A stretch of 64,000 nt of DNA, from the NCBI GenBank assembly GCA_029863845.1, contig JAOTUO010000001.1, forward strand, positions 3,664 through 67,663. The letters are read 5' to 3'. Below are positions 8,987 to 18,279 of this stretch, one piece after another. The stretch is from Myxococcales bacterium. Lineage in GTDB: Bacteria; Myxococcota_A; UBA9160; SMWR01. A model generated the notes under the pieces. It did not search any database, was not told the origin of the DNA, and saw nothing but the letters and a program-made list of their open reading frames with translations. The translations under genes were made by a program, and so were the position numbers. Numbering within the stretch: the first letter of the stretch is position 1; each line of letters opens with the position of its first letter.

Positions 8987-10045
8987 ATGGAACGCTTCCG
9001 GGCAACCACCGTATTGGCGGACCCGCGCTACAGGGACCACCGCGCCCCCGGCGGTCACCCCGAGCGGCCCGAGCGGCTGGTCGCCGTGCAGCGCGCGATC
9101 GACGCCCGGCGCGATCGGCTCGAGCACCTCGAGCCGCGGGAGGCGCAGCCCGAGGAGATCCTGCGGGTCCACGCCCGGGACCACCTCGATACCGTGGCCG
9201 AGGCCTCGCGCCGCGCGCCCCTGCACCTCGATCCCGACACCTACGTCTCGCCGCAGAGCTTCGCGGTGGCTCGCCTGGCCGCCGGGGGCGCCATCGAGCT
9301 GGCGCTTCGCGTCGCACGCGGTCGCCAGCAGTCCGGCTTCGCGGCGCTGCGTCCCCCGGGTCACCACGCCGAGTCGAACCGCGCCATGGGCTTCTGCCTG
9401 TTCAACAACATCGCCATCGCCGCCCGCGCCCTCCAGGCCGAGGAGGACGTGGAGCGCATCCTGATTCTCGACTGGGACGTCCATCACGGCAACGGCACCC
9501 AGCACCACTTCGAAGAAGACCCCTCCGTCCTCTACGTCTCGACCCACCAGTTCCCCTTCTACCCCGGTACCGGCGACTTCGGCGAAGCAGGCCGCGGAAA
9601 GGGCACCGGCGCGACCCTCAACATCCCCATGCCCGCCGGCTGCGGCGACCCCGAGTACATGGGTGTGCTGCGGCGTCTGCTGGCACCTGCGGCGCGCGCG
9701 TTCGACCCCCAGGTGATGCTCGTGTCCTGCGGCTTCGATGCGCACCGCGACGATCCCCTGGCGGCGATGCAGGTGACCCGGGAGGGGTTCCGCGCCATGA
9801 CCGCGCTCGTGCGCTCGCTGGCCGACGACCTGTGCGACGGGCGCCTGGCTTTCGTGCTCGAGGGAGGGTACGCGGAGTCCGGTCTGCAGGAAGGGACGGA
9901 AGCGGTGCTCGACGTCCTCCTCGACCCCACGCCTGCGTTGCCGCCGGAGGTGCCCGATCGGGTACCCGGAAGTCCGCTGGAGCGGATCGTGGCGGGCGTC
10001 GTCGCCGTCCACTCGAGCCGCATCCCCGGACTCGGCGCGGCCTGA
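8987..10045 (+). CDS. Histone deacetylase-family (acetoin utilisation/acetylpolyamine amidohydrolase-like) protein
   Basis: ALRPPGHHAESNRAMGFCLFNNIAIAA, ILILDWDVHHGNGTQHHF and HQFPFYPGTGDFGEAG are class I/II HDAC catalytic motifs. Confidence 0.9.
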   Translation: MERFRATTVLADPRYRDHRAPGGHPERPERLVAVQRAIDARRDRLEHLEPREAQPEEILRVHARDHLDTVAEASRRAPLHLDPDTYVSPQSFAVARLAAGGAIELALRVARGRQQSGFAALRPPGHHAESNRAMGFCLFNNIAIAARALQAEEDVERILILDWDVHHGNGTQHHFEEDPSVLYVSTHQFPFYPGTGDFGEAGRGKGTGATLNIPMPAGCGDPEYMGVLRRLLAPAARAFDPQVMLVSCGFDAHRDDPLAAMQVTREGFRAMTALVRSLADDLCDGRLAFVLEGGYAESGLQEGTEAVLDVLLDPTPALPPEVPDRVPGSPLERIVAGVVAVHSSRIPGLGAA

Positions 10046-10169
10046 ACCGCCTCTCGCGCCAATCCAACCGGGTTGACCGCATCATCTTGTGGTGAATCGC
10101 GCTCTCGTCATCCACATCTAGTGGACCGAAAAAAAATGCAAGTCGGGCGCAAAAACCTCGAGTTTCTTC

Positions 10170-10199
10170 TTGATCTGGGGCGGGAGGTGGGGGTAGGCT
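10170..10199 (+). promoter_or_regulatory. Candidate sigma-70-type promoter of the dcw cluster (Pmra-like)
   Basis: TTGATC at 10170-10175, an 18-nt spacer, then TAGGCT at 10194-10199. It sits in the lower-GC spacer just upstream of the MraZ boxes and mraZ. Confidence 0.45.
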
Positions 10200-10206
10200 G
10201 TGCGCG

Positions 10207-10231
10207 GTGGGGAATCGTGGGTAATCGTGGG
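10207..10231 (+). promoter_or_regulatory. MraZ operator: three direct GTGGG repeats at 10-bp phasing
   Basis: The sequence is GTGGGGAATC GTGGGTAATC GTGGGATAGC, with GTGGG at 10207, 10217 and 10227. This matches the TGGGN-N5 x3 architecture described for E. coli MraZ autoregulation. It lies just downstream of the candidate -10 and 41 nt before the mraZ ATG. Confidence 0.65.
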
Positions 10232-10271
10232 ATAGCAGCCCTTTCGAGGCTCGAAGGATTGAATCTCGTCG

Positions 10272-10718
10272 ATGTTTTCCGGTCGCTCCGTTCACACGCT
10301 CGACGCCAAGGGCAGACTGAGTATACCGGCGATATTCCGGGCGCACCTGGTCGGCGAAGGCGAGCAGGCACCGACGATCACGCACGGAGAAGCGGACTGC
10401 CTAACCATCTACCCGCACGCAGCCTGGGACCGATTCCGCAGCTCCCTGGAGGCTCTGCCCTGGGCGGACCCCAACAGCCGCAGCCTCCGCCGCTACTACT
10501 TCTCGGGCGCGACCCAGTGCCCGATCGACAAGCAGGGCCGGATCCTGATTCCGCCCGCCCTGCGGGAGCACGCCGGCCTGGAGCGCGAGGTGGTGATCGC
10601 GGGCATGGGCTCCTTGATCGAGATCTGGGACAAGGTCCGCTTCGACGCGAACTTGCAGGAAACCCGTTCGAACCTCGACGAGATCTCGTCGTTGGTGGCG
10701 AACTGGGAACGGAGATAG
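10272..10718 (+). CDS. mraZ: Transcriptional regulator MraZ
   Basis: MFSGRSVHTLDAKGRLSIPAIFR...DKQGRILIPPALREHAGL shows the duplicated SpoVT/AbrB-like MraZ motifs. First gene of the dcw cluster. Confidence 0.95.
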   Translation: MFSGRSVHTLDAKGRLSIPAIFRAHLVGEGEQAPTITHGEADCLTIYPHAAWDRFRSSLEALPWADPNSRSLRRYYFSGATQCPIDKQGRILIPPALREHAGLEREVVIAGMGSLIEIWDKVRFDANLQETRSNLDEISSLVANWERR

Positions 10719-10743
10719 AACGGTGTTTGGGGGTGAGAGGACC

Positions 10744-10919
10744 GGAGGAGCGTAGCTCCTCCACTCGTGAGGCTAGGGTGTCCCCGGGGCGCAATGTTGC
10801 GGGGACGGGGCGTTACTGGGGGGGACAATCCGCCCCCGCGATAAAGCGCCCCGGGGCACCCTGCCAACCCCCTCGCTAGCAGCCCGACAACGAGTGGGCG
10901 GGGGGGAGGCGACCCACTC
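10744..10919 (+). other. Structured mraZ-rsmH intergenic spacer (three predicted hairpins)
   Basis: Hairpin 1 is GGAGGAGC-GTA-GCTCCTCC (10744-10762). Hairpin 2 spans 85 nt: GGGTGTCCCCGGGGCGC (10777-10793) pairs with GCGCCCCGGGGCACCC (10846-10861), with an inner GCGGGGACGG/CCGCCCCCGC stem. Hairpin 3 is GAGTGGG-N14-CCCACTC (10892-10919), which places the GGGGGGGAGG purine run in its loop 2 nt before the rsmH GTG. Confidence 0.4.
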
Positions 10920-10921
10920 CA

Positions 10922-11881
10922 GTGGCCAGCCGGTTCGCGCATCGGCCCGTGCTTCTCGAGGCGACGCTCTCCCTCCTGGAGCTTCGGCCGAACGCCCTGA
11001 TCGTGGACGGCACGGTCGGAGCCGGCGGGCACGCGGCCGCGATCCTCGAGCGAACCGCCCCCGACGGACGTCTGATCGCACTCGACATGGACGCATCCGC
11101 ACTCGAGGCTGCCGGCCACCGGCTACGACCCTTTGGCGACCGCGTACGCCTGGTCCACGCCTCGTTCCGGCGGCTCGGCCCGGTCCTGGCGGACCTCGGA
11201 ATCGCCCGGGTCGACGGCGTGCTGTTGGACCTCGGGCTCTCGTCGCCCCAGATCGACGCGCCGGCGCGCGGCTTCCGCTTCTCCGAGGACAGCGCGGAGC
11301 AAACGCCCCTCGACATGCGCATGGACGCCGGGAGCCCGACGACCGCGGCGGATCTCCTGGCCGCAGCCTCCGTCGACGAGCTCGCCCGCATGTTCCGCGA
11401 ATACGGCGACCTCCCCGGTGCGAAGCGGCTGGCCCGCGCGCTGGTCGCGGCGCGCAGCCGCGCCCCGCTGCACACGGCACGCGACCTGCTCGACGTGATC
11501 GCGACGACGCGGATCGGCGGCGGCCGCCGCCACCACCCCGGAACGCTCGTCTTCCAGGCCCTGCGCATCGCTGTGAACGATGAGCTCGCCGCGCTGGACG
11601 AGGGGCTCGAAGCCGCCATCGCGGCACTGCGCGCCGGCGGGCGGCTGGTCGTGCTTGCCTACCACTCGGCCGAGGATCGGATCGTCAAGAACCGCTTCCG
11701 TGATGCGGCGCGCGGTTGCGAGTGTCCGCCACGAACGCCGGTCTGCGTGTGCGGAGCCGTGGTCCGGCTGCGCGTCGTGACCCGCCGGCCCGTCCGGCCC
11801 GCCCTGGCGGAGGTCCGCGCGAACCCGCGGGCGCGCTCCGCGCGACTCCGCGCCGCAGAGCGCGTCGTCGAGGCGGCGTGA
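10922..11881 (+). CDS. rsmH: 16S rRNA (cytosine1402-N4)-methyltransferase RsmH (MraW)
   Basis: HRPVLLEATLSLL...IVDGTVGAGGHAAAIL...DLGLSSPQID...FQALRIAVNDEL. GTG start. Position in the dcw cluster fits. Confidence 0.95.
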   Translation: MASRFAHRPVLLEATLSLLELRPNALIVDGTVGAGGHAAAILERTAPDGRLIALDMDASALEAAGHRLRPFGDRVRLVHASFRRLGPVLADLGIARVDGVLLDLGLSSPQIDAPARGFRFSEDSAEQTPLDMRMDAGSPTTAADLLAAASVDELARMFREYGDLPGAKRLARALVAARSRAPLHTARDLLDVIATTRIGGGRRHHPGTLVFQALRIAVNDELAALDEGLEAAIAALRAGGRLVVLAYHSAEDRIVKNRFRDAARGCECPPRTPVCVCGAVVRLRVVTRRPVRPALAEVRANPRARSARLRAAERVVEAA

Positions 11882-12228
11882 TGGCCAGCCCCCCCGCCAG
11901 CTCCGTCCTCGTCGGGCGCGACCTCGCACCGGTGCGGCGGCATCGACCGCGCGGCAAGCGCCAGTTTGGCGTCGTGCTGCTGGGAATCGTTCTGGCGGCC
12001 TTCGCGCTCGCCGCCCTCCGGAACGACATCCTGCGCCTGCGCTACGGCCTGGGCGAGGCCGTGAGCACCCAGAAGGCCCTGCTCGAAGAGCACCGCGAGC
12101 TCACCGCCGAGGTGCGCTCGTTGCGCGACCCCGCCCGGCTCGCCCGACTGGCCCGGCAGCGGGGCTTCGGTCGGGCCGAGCGCGTGATCGATTTGCGCTC
12201 CGCGACAGCCGGGACGGATCGCCCGTGA
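11881..12228 (+). CDS. ftsL: Cell division protein FtsL
   Basis: ORF 11716..12228 trimmed to ATG 11881, which overlaps the rsmH TGA by 1 nt. It is a small bitopic protein with one TM helix (FGVVLLGIVLAAFALAAL) followed by a coiled coil. Position between rsmH and ftsI fits. Confidence 0.7.
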   Translation: MASPPASSVLVGRDLAPVRRHRPRGKRQFGVVLLGIVLAAFALAALRNDILRLRYGLGEAVSTQKALLEEHRELTAEVRSLRDPARLARLARQRGFGRAERVIDLRSATAGTDRP

Positions 12229-14261
12229 GAGGGAGCGACCTCCGCCTCGCCAGCCGACGGATCGCGGTCGCCCGTGCCCTGATGCTGCTCGCCTTCGCCG
12301 GGCTCGCGGCGCGCGCCGCGCACCTGAGTGTGGTGGACGAGCGCGGCGCCGATCGGGGCGAAGCGCAGTCCCGCCGCCTGCTGACGCTGCCTCCCGCGCG
12401 CGGCACCATCGTGGATCGTTCCGGCGCAGCGCTCGCGATCTCGGTCGAAGCCCCGTCCGTCTACGCGGTGCCCTCCCGCATCGACGACGTCGACGGCACC
12501 GCGGCCGCGCTGGCCCGGGTCTTCGGCGCGAAGGCCACGGCCCTCGCGGCGCGCCTCCGCGGCCATCCGTCCTTCCTGTTCCTCGAGCGCTGGGTCTCTC
12601 CGGAGCAGGCCCGGCGCGTGCGCACGCTCGCTCTGCCGGGCGTCGGCGTGCTGCGCGAGCCACGGCGCGTCTATCCCTACAGAGAGCTCGCGGCCCAGAT
12701 CCTGGGATTCGTCAACATCGACGCCGTCGGGGTCCGCGGAATCGAGCAGCAGGAGAACCGCTGGCTGCGCGGAACCGCCCGCCGCCTCCCCGCCGAGCGC
12801 GATGCCCGCGGCCGCCTCCTGGTCTCGGGGGGCGAGGAGCGCTGGAGTACCGCCGGGGGCGACGTCGCACTGACGATTGACGCGGCGCTCCAGGCCGACG
12901 CCGAGTCTGCGCTGCACGAGGCCGTCGCGAGAACCGGCGCGCGCGGCGGCGTCGTCATCTCGATGGATCCCCGATCCGGCGACCTTCTGGCGCTGGCGGA
13001 GCTGCCCGGGTTCGACCCGAACCGCTTTCGGGAGCTCGACTACGACGCCACGCGCTCGCGCGCCTTCCTCGACGCGGCGGAGCCGGGCTCCACGCTCAAG
13101 ACCTTCCTGATCGCGGCGGCGCTCGAGGACGGAGTCATCGGGGCCGACGACCGCTTCGACTGCGAGAACGGCGTCTTCGAAATTCCCGGCAAGACCATCC
13201 GCGACCACGACCCTCACGGCGAGCTCACCGCACTCGAGATCCTGCGTGTCTCGAGCAACATCGGCGCGGCCAAGATCGCGCGCGCCCTGGGACCCCGGGC
13301 GCACTACAAGATGCTGCGCCGCTTCGGCTTCGGAACGTCGACCCGCAGCCGCTTCCCGGACGAGTCGGCGGGCGTGTTGCGCTCCTGGCGCGGATGGAAG
13401 CCCGTCGACCACGCGACGATCGCGTTCGGCCAGGGCGTGAGCGTGACGCCGATCCAGCTCGTAGCCGCCACGGCCGCCATCGCCAACGGCGGCGAGTGGG
13501 TGCGCCCGCGGCTCGTGGGCGCGCGCCGCGTGGCGGGGCAGCCCTGGCAGCCGACCGACCGAGAGACGGCTCGTCGCGTGTTGCGGGCCGAAACCGCGTC
13601 CGCCCTGATGGCGATGCTCGAGGAAGTCGTGGGCCCCGACGGCACCGGAAGCGCCGCCGCGCTGCGCGGCGTGCGCGTGGCGGGAAAAACCGGAACGGCG
13701 CAAAAGCTGGACCCGAAGACCCGCCGCTACGCCCGGAATCGCTTCCGCGCGTGGTTCGTCGGCATCGTCCCGGCCGACGACCCGAGGCTCGTGATCCTCA
13801 CCGGGCTCGACGAGCCGCGGCGGCCGACGCACACCGGTGGCGCGGCGGCGGCGCCGCTCTTCGCGCGGGTGGCCGCGGCGCAGCTCTCGCGTTTTGGAAT
13901 CTTCACGGCGCCGCAGCCGGCTCCGTCGCGTGCGGTGCCGACGCAGACGGCGCAAGCCGCTCCCGCCCCTTCCGTCTCGAGTGCGCCCCCGCGTGCCGCA
14001 CCGGAACCCGCCGCGGCGGCGAGAGCGCTCCCGGTCCTCGCGCGAATCGACGACCGCGTGCTGCTGCCGGATCTGCGCGGCCTCACCGTGGAACAGGTGA
14101 AGCGGATCACAGCGGAAGGAGCCCTCGCGGTCGAGATTTCCGGCAGCGGTCGCGCGATCGCGCAGGACCCCCCGCCCGGAACCGTAGTGCCCGCCCACGC
14201 GGGGCGGATTCGCGTCCGGTTCGCGGCGGGCGGCGTCGGGGGCGGGGAGGAAGAGGGCTGA
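12225..14261 (+). CDS. ftsI: Peptidoglycan D,D-transpeptidase FtsI (class B PBP) with C-terminal PASTA domain
   Basis: STLK (AEPGSTLKTF), SSN (RVSSNIGAAK) and KTGT (VAGKTGTAQK) motifs are present. The C-terminal LLPDLRGLTVEQVKRITAEGALAVEISGSGRAIAQDPPPGTVVPAHAGRIRVRF matches the PASTA pattern. GTGA overlap with ftsL. Confidence 0.9.
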   Translation: MRGSDLRLASRRIAVARALMLLAFAGLAARAAHLSVVDERGADRGEAQSRRLLTLPPARGTIVDRSGAALAISVEAPSVYAVPSRIDDVDGTAAALARVFGAKATALAARLRGHPSFLFLERWVSPEQARRVRTLALPGVGVLREPRRVYPYRELAAQILGFVNIDAVGVRGIEQQENRWLRGTARRLPAERDARGRLLVSGGEERWSTAGGDVALTIDAALQADAESALHEAVARTGARGGVVISMDPRSGDLLALAELPGFDPNRFRELDYDATRSRAFLDAAEPGSTLKTFLIAAALEDGVIGADDRFDCENGVFEIPGKTIRDHDPHGELTALEILRVSSNIGAAKIARALGPRAHYKMLRRFGFGTSTRSRFPDESAGVLRSWRGWKPVDHATIAFGQGVSVTPIQLVAATAAIANGGEWVRPRLVGARRVAGQPWQPTDRETARRVLRAETASALMAMLEEVVGPDGTGSAAALRGVRVAGKTGTAQKLDPKTRRYARNRFRAWFVGIVPADDPRLVILTGLDEPRRPTHTGGAAAAPLFARVAAAQLSRFGIFTAPQPAPSRAVPTQTAQAAPAPSVSSAPPRAAPEPAAAARALPVLARIDDRVLLPDLRGLTVEQVKRITAEGALAVEISGSGRAIAQDPPPGTVVPAHAGRIRVRFAAGGVGGGEEEG

Positions 14262-15805
14262 TGCGACTGTCGAAGCTGCTGGCGACGCTGCCCCCGGAGC
14301 AGGGTCCCCTGCGCTTTGCGCGCGGGGACGACGACGACCCGGTGATCCGCGGACTCGGTTACGACTCGCGGAGCGTCGCAGCCGGCGACCTCTTCTTCGC
14401 GCTGAGGGGCGCCGTCTTCGACGGGCACGACTACCTCCAGCAGGCCGTCGATCTCGGGGCCGCCGCCGTCGTCGTCGATCAGATTCCGCCCGGGCTCGAC
14501 CTGCGCGGCCGGCCGGCCGTGGTCGTACACGACAGCCGGCGGGCGCTCGCGCCCATCGCCACCCGCTTCTACGGGGACCCCTCGTCCGAGCTCACGCTGA
14601 TCGGCGTGACCGGAACCAACGGCAAGACCAGCGTCACCTACCTGGTCGAGTCGATTCTGAAGACGGCGGGCCGGCGCACCGGCGTGATCGGCACGGTGGA
14701 GGTGCGTGACTCCGACGAGCGCGAGCGCGCCATCAACACCACGCCCGAGAGCTCCGACCTGCAGCGGATGCTACGCGCCATGCGCACCCGCGACGTCGAG
14801 GTGGTGCTGATCGAGGTCTCGTCCCACGGCCTCGAGCTCGGACGCGTCGACGGATGTCGCTTCGCCGTCGGCGCCTTCACCAATCTGACGCAGGACCACC
14901 TGGATTTCCACGGGACCATGGGCGCCTACCGCGATTCCAAGGCGCTGCTCTTCGGCCGTTACCTGTGCCAGGGCGGGATGGCGGTGCTGAACCTCGACGA
15001 CCCCTCCGTCGAGGACTTCGTGTGGGCCGCCAGGCGCACCGACGCGCGGATCATCGGCGTCACGCGCGACCCCTCGCGCTCCGGCGGGGTGCGACTCGAG
15101 GCCGCGGAGGTACACCTCGACGGGACCCGCGCCCGCGTCCGCACGCCCGCCGGAAGCCTCTCCGTGGTGCTTCCGCTGGTGGGCGACTTCAACGTGGAGA
15201 ACATGCTCGTCGCCTGCGGCATCGCGGTGGCGCTGGACGTCGAGCCCTCGGTCATCGTCGCAGGCATCGAGGCCTGCCCCCAGGTGCCCGGCCGGGCGGA
15301 GCGCATCGAGGCGTCGAATCCCGACGCGCCGACAGTGCTGGTCGACTACGCCCACACCCCGGACGCCGTGGACAAGCTTCTGCGCACCCTGCGCCCTCTC
15401 GCCCAGGGTCGCCTCATCACGGTCTTCGGATGCGGCGGCGACCGCGACCGCGCCAAGCGACCGCTCATGGCCGGAGCCGTCGCGCGCTGGAGCGATCGCA
15501 TCGTCGTCACCACCGACAATCCGCGCACCGAGGACCCGCTGCGGATACTCGCCGACGTGGAGGACGGCTTCGTGAAGCTTCGGCGCATCGACGTGGACGC
15601 CCTCGACGCCGCGACCGGGGCCTACGCCCTCGTCCCCGATCGCCGCGCCGCGATCCAGGCGGCCATTGGCATCGCCCGGGCGGGCGACATGGTGGTCCTC
15701 GCCGGCAAGGGCCACGAGGACTACCAGATCGTCGGACGCGATTCGCTCCCCTTCAGCGACCGCGACGAGGCGCGGCGCGCCCTCGCCGCCCGAGGCCGCG
15801 CATGA
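14261..15805 (+). CDS. murE: UDP-N-acetylmuramoyl-L-alanyl-D-glutamate--2,6-diaminopimelate ligase MurE
   Basis: ORF 13394..15805 trimmed to ATG 14261, which overlaps the ftsI TGA by 1 nt. LIGVTGTNGKTSVTYL P-loop and a DNPR-containing C-terminus (VVTTDNPRTEDP). Confidence 0.95.
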   Translation: MRLSKLLATLPPEQGPLRFARGDDDDPVIRGLGYDSRSVAAGDLFFALRGAVFDGHDYLQQAVDLGAAAVVVDQIPPGLDLRGRPAVVVHDSRRALAPIATRFYGDPSSELTLIGVTGTNGKTSVTYLVESILKTAGRRTGVIGTVEVRDSDERERAINTTPESSDLQRMLRAMRTRDVEVVLIEVSSHGLELGRVDGCRFAVGAFTNLTQDHLDFHGTMGAYRDSKALLFGRYLCQGGMAVLNLDDPSVEDFVWAARRTDARIIGVTRDPSRSGGVRLEAAEVHLDGTRARVRTPAGSLSVVLPLVGDFNVENMLVACGIAVALDVEPSVIVAGIEACPQVPGRAERIEASNPDAPTVLVDYAHTPDAVDKLLRTLRPLAQGRLITVFGCGGDRDRAKRPLMAGAVARWSDRIVVTTDNPRTEDPLRILADVEDGFVKLRRIDVDALDAATGAYALVPDRRAAIQAAIGIARAGDMVVLAGKGHEDYQIVGRDSLPFSDRDEARRALAARGRA

Positions 15806-17205
15806 GCGTTCCGTTCCGAGCACAGGACGCGGCGGACTGGACCGCGGGCGCCCTGCTCCAGGGACGGCCGGAGATCCGCTTCACGGGCGCGTCCATCGAC
15901 ACGCGCAGCGTCGGCGCCAACGATCTCTTCGTCGCGATCGTGGGACCCAGCCACGACGCGCACCGCTTCCTGCCGGAGGCGATCGCGGGCGGCGCCAGCG
16001 GCCTGGTGATGGAGCGCGGGCGCGCACTCCCCGCCGAGATCAAACCCGACGTCCCTGTGGTCGCGGTAACCGACACCACGCGCGCGCTCGGCGCCCTCGC
16101 GGCGGGACACCGCGCCGGCTTCCGCGGCCCCGTGGTCGCCATCACCGGCAGCAACGGAAAGACAACCACGAAGGAGATGTGTGCGGCAATCCTCTCCGTC
16201 GCCGCTCCCTGCCTCAAGAACGAGGGAAACCTCAACAACCAGTTCGGACTGCCCCTCACGCTGCTGCGGCGCAACGCGACGGATCGACGCATCGTCGTCG
16301 AAATCGGCATGAACCACCGCGGCGAGATCGCCGCCCTGGCAGCCATCGCAGCCCCGACGATCGGCGTCCTCACGAACATCGGCGCGGCGCACATCGAGCA
16401 CCTGGGCAGTGAGGACGAGATCGCGCGCGAGAAGGGCGATCTGCTGGCGTGCCTTCCGGCCGACGGGACCGCGGTGGTCAACGCCGACGATCCCCGCGCC
16501 GCGGCGCAGGCCGGTCGCAGCGATGCTCGCGTCGTGCGCTTCGGGCGTGCCGCGGACGCCGACGTTCGCGCCGAGCGCGTGGCCGAGCGAAGCGGACGCG
16601 GCTTTGCGTTCGAGCTCCACGCCCCCGAAGGTCGCACCCCGGTCGAAGTCGCCGGCGTCGGCGAAACCGCGATCCTGAACGCCCTCGCCGCCGCCGCCGC
16701 CGCCCTGGCGGCCGGCGCGGGGCTCGACGAGGTCAGCGAGGGTCTCGCGGCCCACCGCCCCGTGCGCGGGCGCATGCAGCGACGAGACCTGCCCGGCGGC
16801 GTGGTCGTGCTCGACGACACCTACAACGCCAACCCGCAGTCGATGGACGCGGCGCTGGAGAGCCTGGCGCGCGCGAAGGGCGACCACCGGGGCCTCGTGG
16901 TCGTCGGCGACATGGGCGAGCTCGGCGCGGCGTCCGACGAGGCCCACGCCCAGGTCGGCCGGCGCGCCGCGGCACTCGGCCTCGACGGCCTCTTCGCCCT
17001 GGGCGAGCACGCCGAGGGCGTCGCCGCGGCCGCCATCGAGGCGGGAATGCCGACGGAGCGCGTGCACGTCGGCGCCGACCACGCCGGCCTCGCCACGCTG
17101 GTGCGGTCCGCGCTGCAGCGCGGCGACTGGATTCTCGTCAAGGGCTCGCGCGCCATGCAGATGGAGCGCGTCGTGGAAGAACTCGCCGGGGAGGAGGCGC
17201 ACTAG
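15802..17205 (+). CDS. murF: UDP-N-acetylmuramoyl-tripeptide--D-alanyl-D-alanine ligase MurF
   Basis: ORF 14854..17205 trimmed to ATG 15802 (ATGA overlap with murE). VVAITGSNGKTTTKEM and VLDDTYNANPQSM. Confidence 0.95.
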   Translation: MSVPFRAQDAADWTAGALLQGRPEIRFTGASIDTRSVGANDLFVAIVGPSHDAHRFLPEAIAGGASGLVMERGRALPAEIKPDVPVVAVTDTTRALGALAAGHRAGFRGPVVAITGSNGKTTTKEMCAAILSVAAPCLKNEGNLNNQFGLPLTLLRRNATDRRIVVEIGMNHRGEIAALAAIAAPTIGVLTNIGAAHIEHLGSEDEIAREKGDLLACLPADGTAVVNADDPRAAAQAGRSDARVVRFGRAADADVRAERVAERSGRGFAFELHAPEGRTPVEVAGVGETAILNALAAAAAALAAGAGLDEVSEGLAAHRPVRGRMQRRDLPGGVVVLDDTYNANPQSMDAALESLARAKGDHRGLVVVGDMGELGAASDEAHAQVGRRAAALGLDGLFALGEHAEGVAAAAIEAGMPTERVHVGADHAGLATLVRSALQRGDWILVKGSRAMQMERVVEELAGEEAH

Positions 17206-18279
17206 ATGCTGTATCACCTGCTCTACCCGCTGGCGTCGGAGTTCTCGGGCTTCAACGTCTTCCGCTACATCACCTTTCGCACCGGCGCGGCGACGCTGAC
17301 GGCGCTCTTCATCGCCTTCCTCGTCGGCCCCCCGCTGATCCGGAAGCTCGGGCGGCTGCGGGTGGGGCAACCGATCCGCGAGGTCGGTCCCGATCACGCC
17401 GACAAGGCGGGCACGCCCACGATGGGCGGACTGCTGATCCTGCTCTCCTTGCTCGTCTCGGTGCTGCTGTGGTCCAACCTCGACAGCCGCTTCGTCTGGA
17501 CCGTGCTCGGCGTCACCGTCGGCTACGGGCTGCTGGGTTTCATCGACGACTACCAGAAGGTCAAGAAGGGGCACAGCGGCGGGATCTCCGGGCGCGTCAA
17601 GCTCGCGTGGCAGACGGTGCTGGCGCTCGCGGTCGCCGTCGCGATCTACAACGACCCGGGCTTCGACGCACAGCTCGCGGTCCCCTTCTTCAAGAACTTC
17701 ACGCCCCATCTCGGATGGCTCTACATCCCCGTCGCCACCTTCATCATCGTCGGGGCGAGCAACGCCGTGAACCTCACCGACGGGCTCGACGGGCTCGCGA
17801 TCGGTCCGGTGATGATCGCAGCGGGAACCTTCCTGATCCTCTCCTACGCCGCCGGCCACGCGGGCATCGCCGACTATCTCGCCATCAAGTACGTCGCCGG
17901 AAGCGGCACGCTCGCCATCTTCTGCGGTGCGCTGCTCGGCGGGGGAATGGGATTCCTCTGGTTCAACGCGTCACCGGCGCAGCTATTCATGGGCGACGGC
18001 GGCTCCCTGGCCCTCGGCGGCGCACTGGGGACCATCGCGGTCCTGATCCGGCAGGAGATCCTTCTCGCCGTCGCCGGCGGGATCTTCGTGGTCGAGACGC
18101 TGTCCGTGATCATCCAGGTGGCCTCGTTCAAGCTCAGGGGGAAGCGGGTCTTCCTCATGGCGCCGATTCACCACCACTTCGAGGAGCTGGGCTGGCCGGA
18201 GCCGAAGATCGTGGTCCGATTCTGGATCGTGTCCGCGATCCTCGGCCTGGTTGCCCTGTCCTCGCTGAAGCTGCGCTGA
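17206..18279 (+). CDS. mraY: Phospho-N-acetylmuramoyl-pentapeptide transferase MraY
   Basis: [24 protein letters not shown] and APIHHHFE motifs. 357 aa. Confidence 0.97.
   Translation: MLYHLLYPLASEFSGFNVFRYITFRTGAATLTALFIAFLVGPPLIRKLGRLRVGQPIREVGPDHADKAGTPTMGGLLILLSLLVSVLLWSNLDSRFVWTVLGVTVGYGLLGFIDDYQKVKKGHSGGISGRVKLAWQTVLALAVAVAIYNDPGFDAQLAVPFFKNFTPHLGWLYIPVATFIIVGASNAVNLTDGLDGLAIGPVMIAAGTFLILSYAAGHAGIADYLAIKYVAGSGTLAIFCGALLGGGMGFLWFNASPAQLFMGDGGSLALGGALGTIAVLIRQEILLAVAGGIFVVETLSVIIQVASFKLRGKRVFLMAPIHHHFEELGWPEPKIVVRFWIVSAILGLVALSSLKLR

Noticed and set aside
12042-14198. Very long alternative-frame or antisense ORFs. Examples: 12042..14198 (-) 718 aa, 15721..17859 (-) 712 aa, 20479..23457 (-) 992 aa, 23963..26008 (-) 681 aa, 26609..28834 (-) 741 aa, 44774..47548 (+) 924 aa, 53399..55777 (+) 792 aa.
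   Set aside because: They are shadow ORFs, expected at this GC content. Their translations are low-complexity and R/A/G/P/D-rich with no recognisable motifs. Each is fully overlapped by a gene with unambiguous conserved motifs: ftsI, murF/mraY, murG/murC, ftsQ/ftsA, ftsZ and the RND pumps.
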